Shown here one piece after another: positions 41,988-55,657 of a stretch of DNA of 64,000 nucleotides. Position 1 is the first letter of the stretch, and every line of letters begins with the position of its first letter. The notes beneath the pieces are model-generated. The model ran no database searches. It had not been told where the DNA came from and saw nothing but the letters and a program-made list of their open reading frames with translations. Both the position numbers and the translations under genes were made by a program. This DNA is from Paragordius varius (taxonomy: Eukaryota > Animalia > Nematomorpha): NCBI GenBank assembly GCA_964247055.1, contig OZ176053.1, positions 8,556,001 through 8,620,000 on the forward strand, written 5' to 3'.

Positions 41988-44964
41988 TTAAATTATATAA
42001 AATATTTTTCTGTAAAATAATCGCAGCGGAAGTATATTTCGGTCACGATGTATCGTTGGGTTAGTACCTCGATATTCGTACAGTCGCAAAATTTTGAGGA
42101 AATTATAATTCAATTTTCGACAACGCTCCAAAAAAATATCTGCAATGGTTGTCATGAGAAAAAGCGATATATATGGATTTGGAATAGTGTGCTTTAATGT
42201 TCGGGTTTCTTGTAAATTGGTTGTAATGTTACCACACACTTCACGCAAAAGAGAATTGAAATTGTCAAGTTTTTTCTTTAGGGGTGTTAGCAAACGATCT
42301 TTGTTACGCCATACTGAGAGGACATCGTTAGATGCTAAATTGTGCTAAATAAATGTAATAAAGCTAGTAAAATTGTTTGATCCGAAAATTAGATGTAAAT
42401 AAATTTTTATTTAGCAATATAATAACCTTGATAAAATTTTATGATATACAGATCATAAATGCTGTTTTTGTTTAAAAAAATGTGTTAAATTTTGGATTCC
42501 CTAAAATGATATTTTGTTATCCAAAAAACAGGGTCCAACGCTTTATAATGCAAAAAACATACTGCGCAAAATATTATTATCGTTATTTTGCATATCTTAA
42601 ATATGGATTGATCCTAACATTTTTATCCTATCCAAAAATATTGAAAATTTACGGAAAGAGTGTAAATTATTTTACTTCCATTTGTCTTACCTATATTTTT
42701 TGATTTTAAGAAAATTAAATATACACCATATGTTTATGCAAAAATATAATTAAACAGTTTGGTAATTTAAATATTTAATTGAAGGCGTTTTTGGGGTTCT
42801 TCTATTCAAAGAGAATAATATATGTAGGTTTTATTAATGCTATCTCGTAGATGGCAAGGCGGTTTTTTTAAAACTTTAATTTTATAAAGTAAAAGGTAAA
42901 TGGGTATATAAATTTATTTCCCCCAAATAACTAGGGGCTACATTTGAAAAAGGTAGAGATATAACACTATTACTTTTTTAAATGAAAAAAACCAAATGCT
43001 TTTACCAAATATTATAACAACTAAAACCTTTTGGATTTCGAAACACATGGTATTTAAACTGTAAGAAAAAACCATAAATTGTTTTTGGACTTTACACTAC
43101 ACATAAGTGAAAAAGAAGCTATATAACGAACCAATTAACAAAAATTTATAAACAATAAGAATATATTAACTCATTTATTATGATAAAAAAAAGGTTTTTA
43201 CACCCACACACACAAGAAATTATTGGATAAACTGTAGGCAGGAACATAAAAGAGAATCATTCATGCTATGAAACCATAATAAATTTATTAATAATGAAAA
43301 AAGATTCTTTGGACAAGTCCACTTTAATTTTAAAACGATATTACAAATTGTTTACCTGAGAGAGCTAACTATTATTGCCAAATATTCAAATATAAATACA
43401 CACTGGAAAAATATAATTAGCAGTTATTTACAATAAAATAAATAAAAGGTGGTAGCATTATATAAATATTGAGGTGGACATACTTTTAATAAAATTTCAT
43501 TGGGTAAGAGGACATTATTTTGAATCGTGTGAAAAGGAATGCTCCGTATTAAATTAACTTGACCTATTGCATCGCACACATGATTGGATAACATTAAAGA
43601 TTCTTTGGTATCACATTCTAAATAAATAAAGTGTGTGTCATTTTATTAAATTTAAGCATTAATCCACTAAAATAACATTAAATAATAATTATTTACGAAT
43701 GATATAAATTTAAGGAATTATATATAAAAGTATTATAATATACCTATTACACCCCAAATTCACCCTAAAAATGAAATATACCTTTTTTCGGGCTAATATA
43801 ACTCATCATTATTATAAAGTATATCTTTATGACACAAAATTTATTATTTTTTCAGTATTATATTTATTATTATTAAAGGAAATTTTTTAAAAATATAGGT
43901 ATTCTGATATAAAACAAATATTTTATTTTTAAATTGTTTAATTGTGTGTAAATGGTTAATACATTTATTCAATCTAACATAATTTTTCTCCAAACTCATT
44001 CATTTAAAATCAATATTAATTAATTAAATAAAACTTTGTAAGGGTCCATTAATCTTATCCTGAAAACGCTCAAAACAAGAACTTTCTAGCATTTATGGAA
44101 CAATATAATAAAAAACAATGATGATTATATAAAGCTTTAATAATTTTTATGCGTTATATATTTAAATAATTTAAACTAGGACAGAAAAAGAAATATTAAA
44201 AATTAAGCGACCAAACATCTTTAAAAGGCTAAAAAACTATTTTATAAGGTTTAATTAAAAATAAGTAAGGAGTTAGGTGGATGATTTTGATTAAGTTATT
44301 ACCAGTTAATTTATTTTGATTCTAAATAAATGGTGAGTTTTATCAAAAATATATATTAAACTTAAATACTAAAATTAAGCTTATTTTTCTATTTAATTTT
44401 AGGTTTAAATAATTCATGAGATTAATTTAGTAAAAAGTTTAATCAATTTACTTAACATTTTAAGTGGTATTTGATATAAGGGTAATTGTATTGATCGATG
44501 GTATTTTAAGTAATTATCCAATGTAACAAATGATAAATTATTTGTGTCCTTTCTTGCATTAATCATAGCACCTAAAAGGTTTGTATTTTCTTCGTCTTTA
44601 GGTATAAACTAAAATTATTTTTTATATTTTGATATACATAGAAAAGACTTTGGGCCACTGGATTTACAGGTGGTGGGGAACGAGCAGATAAATTTTTTAT
44701 AGTTTCATTCCAAAATGTGTATCTAATGTTTGCCAAATCTTTATTGCTTGTATTCTCTAAAATATGAATTTAATATACCAACAATCTGATTTAACAATAT
44801 ATTAAAAGCTTGTAGGGTAAAAATTGGGGCTTTAACAATCTTGGGTGCTAATAGATTGCAAACATATCGTTCATAATCATAAACCCTATCATATATACAT
44901 GGCTTATTAACTTGGATTGATGGACACAATAATTTAAAATACTTTCCACATTTATCGTTGCCAT
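41988..44964 (-). CDS. NDUFAF6: complex I assembly factor 6 (squalene/phytoene-synthase-like fold)
   Basis: Spliced MATINVESILNYCVHQSKVYDYERYVCNLLAP...IFTLQAFNILL...IRYTFWNETIKN...PVAQSL...GQVNLIRSIPFH...LPNEILLKHNL...RNILPLRLFY. Introns 44911-44886 (26 nt), 44778-44757 (22), 44637-44609 (29), then longer ones. Exons at approx 43617-43484 and 42344-41988. Confidence 0.88.
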
Positions 44965-45843
44965 ATGATTTTACATCCGCATGCTATTGAAATCTCGCTT
45001 ATATTTTATAGCAGTGGTGAGTAAAAAATTTATGTCAGTAGAGACATCTCAAAGAGTAACTGGAGATTGGTGGAACGAACGCGGTATTTACAAGGCCCTA
45101 CATTCACTAAATGGATTAAGAGTTTCAATTTTTGGGCTTACAATTAGGTTCCTCTCATAGCGCAAACATTAACGAAAAACGAAACAAGACCTTTTGACTT
45201 ACAAGGCAAGAAAATCTTAGATATTGGTTGTGGCGGTGGAATATTAACGGAGGTATAGAACTGAGACTTAAATTTAGCCATTAGCAAACATGGGCGCCAC
45301 TGTAATAGGCATAGATACAGAAGAGAATTTGGATATTGCACGGCAACACAAATCGTCGCTTAATAAAAATGTGCAAGAAAACATAACATACATTTCAAAA
45401 ACTATAGAAGACTTTTCTTTAAAAAATCCAAGAAGTGTGGATGCATGTGTTGCATCTGAAGTCGTCGAACATGTTGATAATTTGGATTCCTTCTTACAAG
45501 GGTGTTGTGATTCCGTTAAAGTAACAATACATTGCAATAATTAGCCAGGAGGTTTTTTGATTATTACCACCCTTAATCGAACGTTTTTGTCCAAAATATT
45601 GGCAATATATGTAGCCGAATATATTTTACAATTAGTTGAAAGAGGTATACATGATTGGAATAAATTTGTCAAACCAGAGTACATAAAAGAATTTATTGAA
45701 AAAAGTAATTTATTAATTAATATTATAAAGATGGTTTTGTGGTAACCAAATTATATGGTATGCTATACAATCCCTTGAGCAATAAATGGTCTTGGATCTC
45801 TCCGACTCATGTTAATTATGCATTATGTGCAAAAAAATTATAA
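44965..45843 (+). CDS. COQ3: ubiquinone biosynthesis O-methyltransferase; 5' end ambiguous (ATG 44965, 44981 or 45032)
   Basis: GDWWNERGIYKALHSLNGLRVPLI, SAM motif ILDIGCGGGILTEPLA, VASEVVEHV, KPGG..ITTLNRT, HDWNKFVKPE, YNPLSNKWSW. Introns 45122-45147 (26 nt), 45253-45277 (25), 45521-45544 (24), 45705-45730 (26); stop TAA 45841-45843. Confidence 0.95.
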
Positions 45844-46101
45844 TTTTGTATCATCAATAAAGTTCTCCATTAATTTTGGTATTATTTGATGTTGATTTGT
45901 CTAATTATATATTATAAACAAAAACCTCTATAATATTAATTTGGTCTGTTATTAATTTTCTGAATTCCACCAGTGCATTTTCTGCCTTTTCGTACAAATG
46001 TAGTTGCTTGTAATTAAGGTTCAATTTCTCCCGAAGTTGTAATTTTAAAAGAGGTACATTAACGTTATCCATTTGTGTAAATGTGTGTATGAATAAATAG
46101 A

Positions 46102-49100
46102 ATGGAACGAGAAAAAACTTTGTTAAAATGGGTTTTTAAAATAATAGTTATAATAAGATTACAACCATTGTCCCGGACGCTACTATTAATGATTTACAGA
46201 ATGTTAATTTTTTGGATGATCTGTTTCATAAATAGTATAAAGTTTGGTAAATTTAGTTTTAAGCAGGAATCAAACCATGTTTTACCTATTGTATTAATTT
46301 TAATTCTAAATATAGGATGAGCCATTTGATTTGATACAAGAGATTTCTTCTCATCTGAATTGCGATTTATCGTACTTAAATGCTTTAGGTTACATTTTTT
46401 AAAATATTAAGATCCATCAATAATTTATATTAATATTTTGGAATTGTTTGTGCCTTGCGTAGTAAATTCTGATAATAAAGAAAGTATACGCTTAAATAAG
46501 TTTCAGAATACATAAATGATATTATGATGATGGATAAGGAAGATCAAGAAATAATTAAAGAAATTATAGTGCAAGTTTTTTCAATGAAAATAATTATTTT
46601 TTAGTATGAAACAAATGTTAAAAGCTCTCATCCTAAGGTGAACATAGTTTTAATTTTAAGATGGATACTTTAAAACGGCTACAAAATGAAATTTTAATAT
46701 TGACTCAAGATAAAAATGATCTTGTCACCAAGAACCAATTATTAATTGATGAGGTTGGACCATAAAATAATTTAGATAAATAATCTCAAATCGGAAAATA
46801 ATGTGATTAATCAAGATTTTACCAATGAAGACATTGATTTATGTAAAAATCAAATCCAAAAATTGACGAATGAACTTGCCAAATGCAAAGATGAGTTATA
46901 TAGATTGGATAATGGTTTGCATTATTTGCTTATTTAAAATGTTTTGCAACAATTATTATAACAATAAAAATTCTGGTTGTGTTACCTGATTTTTTGTGGA
47001 AGTTTTTTTTATTAAGTTAATTTTTTAATGTTGCGAGACAGTTAACTTATTTTGGACACTTCTTTTTGTAATGTTATAATGAATTATTATTACCCATTTA
47101 CAAATTAAGCCTTTTTATGGTATTTTATTGGTTAGAACTTTATAATTAATATAAGGGTTATTCAACACGCTTTTTTCGGTACGCAAAAGTGCTCTAAAAA
47201 ATGTTAAAAAAATAAAAAATTTGATTTGAATTAAAAATACACGATTAGTTGAAAGATAATCCAATGGCCCAAAATAAATAGCCACAAAGATTTTATGTTG
47301 GAAACGCCTGATTTTATAAATATAGGATAGCTTTTATGGACTAATACACGCATTTATTAGGTTTAATTAAAATTTAAATTAATTGGTTAAAACTATTTTG
47401 AATAGCAAACATTAATTTTTTATCAAATATTATTTAAAATCTACATTTTACGCGCTAATAAGCTCTTTTTTCCATATATTTATGTTACAAAGTTATATCT
47501 CATTGATATTTAAATTTATTTTTTTGTGTGATTAGCAAAAGATGATTATGAAACTCAAATAAGTGCACTTAACCGTGAAATTATTGGCTATAAGAAAAAA
47601 GTTTTTACAATGAATGAATATAAATTTATAGGAGGAAGAATTGTCTAATTTGGCAGTAGATGTACAAAAATATAAAGATGAATTGGATATCTACAAACAT
47701 TTGTCGGAAAAAATTGTAAAAATTTTATCAATTATTTACTTATTATTAATATAATGTATTATGTTTAATAATCGTAGAAAACCAAAATATAAGGGTAATC
47801 TACATTATGTATTTATAATTTAATTAAGCGCCATTTTTTTAATATCCATCAAATGTTAGTCTTCGAAATTGAAGGTAGCTGAATCGAGATAATTTTTTAT
47901 TGCTGTTTTCCAATCTTCTCTATTTTCCGCATCTTTTATTTTTATTTTGGCCTCAGTAAGATCATCATATTTAGTAGTGATCCAGCTTTTGAAGGGTCTG
48001 CCAGGCTTTATGCTAGATGTGGAGTAGGACATCATTATATGCATATAATTATCTGGTGGTCTACGATGGCAGCCCATCTTAGTCTTTTGGCTCTTAGAAA
48101 GGGGTCGCAATGATTTTGAGGATTTTATAGGGATCGAATTGATTATTAATATTATAGAGTTTAGGATTATGTACAAAATTGTTTAGGTATTTTGGATACA
48201 GAGTTTTAGAATTTACCAAGGTTAGACTTTGTCATGGGCCACTGTAGTTTAGCGCAGGACGTATAATGATAGAATATAACTGCGAATTCGTTACAAATTT
48301 GATGAATTTATTATTAATTATGTGTGTTTGTCATGTTTCCATTCTTCAGATGATCTGTGTTTGAGGCCATCACTGATACCTCCCTTGGCTATATAATCAC
48401 CCAATATTTGAAGTGGGTAACAGTTTCGTAATTTTTGTTCTGAGAGATTGCGTTTAAATTTGGATCTCGTGGGTAAGTTATCGATGCTTGAGCAAGTAAA
48501 GGCATCTACCCTAAGTGATTTTAAGTTGGTGCATTTCTTATGTATCCAGAAATTACATTTAGCACACAATATAATTTGCCTTCACAACTAGACTGCAAAT
48601 TCTACATGGGTACTTAATCGGCTTCATTATATTATTATACATTAATTTTGTTTAGCTGGGATCGATTTTGAGACCATGATTTTCCAAGCAATTTGTTCAT
48701 TTGTCAATAGATAGAATGAGACCGACTTCAGATGAATCCATTATAACAAGGTCATCTGCAAAGAGCAGTTCCCAGAGTAAACCCTCGCGAATATTCTTTG
48801 TAACCTCATCAATTATTATGATAAACAGTAAGGGACTCAGGACAGAACCTTGGTGCAGCGCTGAGTTTATATTGATGAAGAAATCATAGAAGGTTTTGAT
48901 ATGGGCTTTGCAGACGGAATATAGCACATTATGTTTTGGATAATCCATTCTTCAATCCATTTTCTTCTTAAGGCCCTAAATAAAATATATGATTTTGATC
49001 TGTTTTAATATATCCATTTTAGTGTTTTCAATTTAATAATTTATTGTTTATCGTTTAATTTCTTATACGATAAAATACATTACTTTGAAAACCAAATTAA

Positions 49101-51439
49101 ATTTAATAATTGAATTGCTAAAGTTTTTTCTATTTTTGATATTGTTTATTGTAAAAAACATTTTATTAAAAATTTAGTTTTTACATGAATTGCATAACTT
49201 TTTTTGAAAGTTATCGCTTAATATTATTGATTATTACATTATTTGGATAATTTTTTTATATTCCGGGTGTATTTAGCCCCGTTACGAAGCAACAATTGAA
49301 AATTACAAGAAAAAATTGGAAGAATTATCTTTTAAGAACGGAAACTTATCTGATGAACCTTCTCATATACCTAGTGAAAGTGAATGGGAAAATGTAAATT
49401 TTTTTAGCTAGTAAAAAATTAAATTTTTCAAAACATATATCTATAGAGGTTATGGATATGATTATATCATGTAGGCAATATAATAAATCTTAAAAATATC
49501 AGGAAGATTACCCATTAAGAAATCAAATTCTTTTAATTAATTTTTTCACACATTAAAAAAAAAATTTATTTCAATTTTAAGGATATCATTTTCCATATTT
49601 TTTTTCAAATTTCCATATTACAACAAACTTGGTCAAAAAAATTAATACCATCATTGGATAGCTTTAATTTTCATTTTGATTTAGTAAAATTGGATAGCTT
49701 TTTTATTTATGTCTTTTCTATTGATTATTTATGGACATGCTCTTTCATAACCGGATTAGGAAAAACGCAGATTTAACGTACTTAAATCAGAACTTGATGC
49801 ATTGAAAATTACTCATCGTGAACTGGTCACATCACAACAAGATGTTCTTTTAACCCTCGAACAACTGAAAAAGGACAAAGAGGCCCTTTTACTTCAAAAT
49901 AATATGTTAGAAACTCAAAGCCAAGTATGTTACTTAAACTTAGTTTTTCTTTATATTTGATAATAATGGTAATAAAAGGGATTTTTTCATAAAAAAAATT
50001 ATTTGTTAGAATTTAGCGCGAGAAAAGAAGAAATTGGAAGATCAAAATGACTATTTGAATTTATGCATGGTTAAAGGTAAGACAAATAATGAAAATTCCA
50101 AATTAAATAATTTTAGCAAATTGCATGTTATAATATATCTTTTAATTATTTTAGTCAAAGAATCTGATAATTCTAGCACCCCCAAAAAGTATGAATCATT
50201 TTAATGTTAATGTTTAGTAAAACTGATGTTTCGGAGGCTCTCATAAATAAAGTAAATGAATTAGAAAAGGCGTTAGAAGAAAAGGATAGCTTTTACATGG
50301 ATTACCTGAAAAAAGCAAAAATGGTGTTTTTTTATTTTTATTAATTTTTATATTTTTTAACAAATGCACCCTGCTGAATATATTGTATTGAGTTGTCAAC
50401 CACATTTATACGACATATAATAATTTTAATATTTAACTACACAATGTAATGGTTTTGGATTCATAAATTATTTTAAATTTGGATATGTCTGGTAATGATA
50501 CTTCAAAAATTAATTTGTCCTATATATATAACAAACCATGGGACCCATTAGCCTAACGTTCCCAACAAATTGCTTATTTTAATCATTAACTCTGTTTCTG
50601 ATTTAAGTACTAACTTTTCAGTTATAATTTCTTTAAGTTTAATATACCTTTTCATTAACTTATTTGTTTGTTTGGTGTTTATTTTTACTTTTGATTTTCT
50701 TAATATTCAAAATTTATATTTATAAAAAATAATTTATTTCATTTCGAATGAATATGGAGTATTACATTATAATTTAATATTGACTACTGTACTTGATAAT
50801 AAAATTTAACAAATCAATATTAAATTGAAATTTTCTCTAAATATAGAGTTTACCCTATACTAACTTAATTTTTACCATTCTTTAATTTAAATCCTTGATG
50901 ACATAGACAAGACAAAATTTATTAATTTTATTTATTTTTAGATTATCGAATCATTGAAACAAAATGCGAAACTTAATGAAAATCAAAGCGACGAATTAAA
51001 AAATCTCAAGGTTTATTTTCCATTTTTATTTTTTAAATTTAAATTTTTATAAATAATTTTCACACCTTTTAGGAGGAAAATGAACGGTTAAAACAAAACC
51101 AAGAAACTATTGCACAAGCTTGGAATAATATGGTTTTTTTATTAATATATAACAGAATTTAATTTCGTTTAACTATTACCAATTAAATTAATTTATTAAT
51201 GTTTTAAATATTTTTTAGTTAATATATTATATATTTTAAACTTTTGATAAAAAACCGATTGATCACTTTGAAAAAAATTTAATCATTTTTTAATTGCCTA
51301 ATATAATATAAAACTATTTTTACTATAGGCCCTAAAGATGTATAAGCAAAATATGAATGAAACGTTATCCGATACACTGTGGGAGCATAATTCCTTTCTT
51401 AATAGACAACGGGAAATTCTCCTTTCCAAACCTAAATAG
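46102..51439 (+). CDS. HOOK: HOOK-family microtubule/dynein adaptor, about 19 exons, about 500 aa
   Basis: N-terminal Hook domain (TLLKWITT..., LELFVPCVVNSDNKEKYINDIMMMDKEDQEII), coiled coil (YKDELDIYKHLSEK, EATIENYKKKLEEL, YMDYLKKAKMI) and C-terminus IAQAWNNMAL...SFLNRQR. All joined by in-frame GT-AG junctions. Confidence 0.85.
47856..48950 (-). mobile_element. decayed RTE LINE fragment (RT core to 3' end) in a HOOK intron
   Basis: LHQGSVLSPLLFII...ELLFADDLV, a Cys/His cluster CAKCNFWIHKKC...FTC, LGDYIAKGG, and C-terminal GRPFKSW...DL...ENREDWK. Frameshifted. Confidence 0.88.
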
Positions 51440-52642
51440 ATTTTGCAATAAAATAGAATATTTATTTAATCTTGACATCATTTATTTAATAAATTATATT
51501 ATTTATAACTGTTAGAGTATTTTTAAATGGGCATTAGTTTTGGAGAAACATAAAATACAAAAATATTTTTGGAATATTTTTCAAAACTACTTAACTATTC
51601 ATTATTATAATAATCTATGTTAGTTTGCATGAATTTATAGAAATTTAATATAAAATTTAATAATCCCTTTTGTTTTGGGTGACCTAATTAGGCGTTACCG
51701 AGTTTATATGAAAGAAAATAATTTTGGGCACTAAGCGGCATACAGACAAATTTAAGCAAAAATCAAATAATTAACCGCTGTTTTCATTTTGTCTATATGT
51801 AAAACGCTTAAAAATTTAGCATATGTCTGTATTAATATGAGAAACATTAGAAAACCAAAGCAATTGAAGGAGCTTCTTGACCAAAAATTAAGTCTCCAAG
51901 TAAAATTATGGTTGTTATTGGTAATATGTAAGCATATAATGAATTATCTCATGAACTTAAAAATAAATAATTTTAAAGCTTATATTTAACGTCACGGGGT
52001 CTAATTGTCCTACATAAATTTGACCAATTTTGTATAAATCTATAGTTTAAAATTGGTTATTTTGAAGATATATTATAGATGTTATTAATGATTTTATTGT
52101 AATTCATAAATGATGATTTCAAAAGTAAAATGTTTTATCGTGATTTGATTTTAATAATACTTATTAGGTTTTTTTGGGTGTTTAGCTAGTTATTAGCAAC
52201 GCCACAAAAATAGTTTTATTCATAAAAATTTAATTTTTAATTTAGTTTTTAATGTTTCCAATAATTATACAAACCTATGAATCATTTTGCATTTTAACTA
52301 TATAATACTAAAACAGCTGTTTAATATTTGTTTTTTGCATTGCTTAACCCATAAATTTGTTGGTTTCGGAAAGCCTATTACAAGAGTCTTTTGTGTAAAA
52401 GAAGATATGTATAGTTTTACATATATTTATTGGTAAATTCCAATAGTATATTTATAATATTTTAATAAAAATGGGCTATTTTTGGACGAAATATTTTAGG
52501 GTGTGGTTTATTTTATTGGCAAAAATATTTTGACAGTTGTACAAACATGCCTGAGTTTAAACATCGTGATAATTAATATAATATTTATAAAATATTATTA
52601 CTCTCATTTATTTGATAAAAAGTTCGCCTCTTTCTCCTCAAA

Positions 52643-53218
52643 ATGAGTATTAAATGTAAATACTAATTATTTAGCCGAAATTAAGACTATATCTGTCGAT
52701 TCTGGACATATAAATCCCAAAAAATTGGAATTCACCATTAAAGACGATGTGTCTGGCGAAAAATTTGATGTTAAAATTAAACGTGACAAAGATGATTGGG
52801 CTTACACTGGAGAAGCAACCGATAGTCAAGGAAACAAATATAATGCAACCTTTAAAGCATATTTTGGTTTGGTAAGAGCGGTTATATTTCTTTCCCCGTA
52901 AATTTTTAATTAAAACACCTTGTTATTAACGAAAAAGTTATGTTTTCACAATTCAACTGTATTTCCAGGTTTTATTTATTTAATTGTCTTATGTTATTAC
53001 CACCAAATTTGCCATAATAATTAAAGTTTTTTATATAATCAATTTTCTTGTAGAATGGGATTATGACAGATGCCGTGCAGAAATATATAGTGGAATCCAC
53101 TGCCTTAGTTCGACAATCTGATGGCGATTTGGAAGGCATTTTACCCGTTGATATTATGCAGAGCAATGATTTCAAATGCAACGTAACTGGGAAAGTCATT
53201 AACAATCCTAAAAAATAA
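52643..53218 (+). CDS. ADAM/reprolysin (M12B) prodomain-like protein, copy 1, 124 aa, no catalytic domain
   Basis: Exons 52643-52655, 52675-52871 and 53054-53218 give MSIKSEIKTISVDSGHINPKKLEFTIK...DWAYTGEATDSQGNKYNATFKAYFGL|NGIMTDAVQKYIVES...GILPVDIMQSNDFKCNVTGKVINNPKK*. Paralogous to copy 2 with the same intron positions and phases. Family call is by motif recognition only. Confidence 0.6.
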
Positions 53219-54499
53219 TTCTGATTTAACATCCATTTTTTGATTTTTAATATGTCCGTATATTTTAGATTAGTGCTTCTAAATTCATTATGTATTGAAT
53301 ATTAAATTTATTATGCTATCATATTAATAAAATATAGTTTAAAATAATATGTATCTACTGCGAATTTGGTTCATCTAATGAACCAATGTTTATTGAATGA
53401 GCGTTTATGGCTGAAACTATTTATAAAATGTTGAATCGATAAATATTGAGAATGTTGGCGTTGAGATAATTTTTGGAACGTGTTTAGGCCCATTCAAATT
53501 CAAAAAAAATATTTTATAAAATTTGTCTCATATAATCGAGCTTTCGATAAGCCCTTAATTAAGTGCTACTATAGGTGAAAAAGGGGGGTTTTAAGAAATA
53601 AAAGTCCCTATCAGAAAAACAGGTCCGTTATATAATGGATTTATTTGTTTTATTATGAATGCGCTGACTATAGTCAGGCGACTTTAAACCGATCCTCCGC
53701 GAATTGATAAAAAATATCTTTAATTCTTTTAAACAATTTTTCGCCCAAGATATGAGACTAAAATCACTACGACTGGGTAGGGTCTCTGTAAACTATTCCA
53801 CCATATGAAAAAAAGTGCCTTTAAAGCAAATTTTTCCAAATTTATAAAATTATACAACCTAATAATGGTTTAAGGCTTAAGATTCTTCGGAAATTAGCAG
53901 GCCGTTTTGTTGAATAACCCTCGGGTGGGACACCCTCTAAGTGAAATACACAATACAAAAAATTGTTTTCATCTTTGTTGCCGATAAAATAAATATTTAT
54001 AACTAATGAGGTGTCGGCTACACATGACAAGGCGGCAGAGTATAGCCAGAGTATACCATTTGCACTTCAATAGTGTCCTTGAACACTTCAAGTTTCTTAA
54101 AATTTGTAAATTTGAATTTTACATAAATTTTAAATGTATATTTTTATTATATTATTTTTTTATATACTTATTTATTATATATTTATTCATTTTCAGATAA
54201 AATTTTTCGTTCAAAAACTACTTTTTTTGTTTCAAACTAAGTTTTTCCATTTCCACAAACTTATTAATTTATGATGTTTTTTATGAAAATTTGTAATTAA
54301 TAACCCAGAAAAGCTATATATTTTTTAATTACGTGATAAAATCATACTAATATGTAAAATATTTAAGAAATTAATAAAGATAGACTGTTTCTTAATGATT
54401 AATAGCTACTGATCTAAAATCTATGTTAATAAAAATAATTAAATAGATGAATAATACACGGTTTGCTTGATAAAAGTTTAAAACAAAACAAAAGTTTAA

Positions 54500-54590
54500 C
54501 CAACTTGAAATGTTCAAGGACCAATTTGAAATGTTCAAGGACCAACTTGAGGTGTTCAAGGACCAACTTGAAATGTTCAGGGACACTCTC
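54500..54590 (+). repeat. 21-bp minisatellite, about 4 copies
   Basis: CCAACTTGAAATGTTCAAGGA unit repeated with few substitutions. Confidence 0.9.
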
Positions 54591-55657
54591 GAAGTTTAAA
54601 TGGTATATATTGAAAGGTTTAAATATTTAAGTTAAAGTTTAAAGCAGTTGCTGCATGTGTGAATGTAAACATTTGGTTATATAAATTTTAGCTATGTTAC
54701 ATATATATAGTAAAAATTGAAATCATACGGACAAAACGTAGAAATAAAAAGACAAATATTTTTTTCAAGACAATCATACTTTTTAAATCTAGATTTAAAC
54801 TCATTGTTTGAAACTGCAAAGTATAAAAAAAAACGTATATTGGTAACATAATCAATTATATATTTTACAATTTTAAAATGGTAATATAGGATTAAGGTTA
54901 ACAAACTGTTGTTGTTTTTGGAAAAAAATATTTGTCTTTATTTTACTTTTTGTCCGTATAATCTTAGTTTTACTGTAAGCTTTTAATTTAAAGCAATCTC
55001 AAATCTTATATCTCTAACCAATTTTTTATGGCCATCATTAAAATTTGGAATTCAATTTTTCATGAAAATTAAATAAATCGAGTTAGAATTTTGGCTACAA
55101 CATAATCTTTATTCCATTTTCACATTTTATATATAAAATTCCCTCAGTCAAATTTTCACATCGAATGTTTTCCAAAAATACTAAGTAAAAACGGGGTCTA
55201 ATTTAGAAATATATAAATAATTTTATAGTTAGTGACGGGCATTTTACTCGGGCTTTTTTTGCAAAATATTTTCGTGGATTGAGTTGATATAAGAGCATTT
55301 CAGTGTCTATTTTAAAGAAACAAAATTGTTTTTTGATAACGCAATCTTTACACATATATTAAATATAAGTAATCATTAAGGTAAATTACATTTGGATTAA
55401 TAATGTGTGAATTTATTGGCTAAATGATAACCTGATTCCTAATATACCAAAATTGAAGTTATTAATTATTGCAAAGGAAACAAAAATATTGATTAACAGA
55501 TGGTTAAAATATTAGTTAAAAAAATATTTTGGCACCACAAAACAATTATGTCATCCAAAATTAATCCAATAACACTTGTATAAATAAGTATCTGGAAAAC
55601 ATATATAAAACATTTTTAAAACAATTTTATTTTCCTCCAAGAAAAATTTATTTGCGC

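Noticed and set aside
41988-44964. Phytoene synthase or horizontally acquired carotenoid gene
   Set aside because: Motifs match the NDUFAF6 branch of the fold (YC...DYERY.C.LL.P, AFN), and the gene has ordinary host-type introns.
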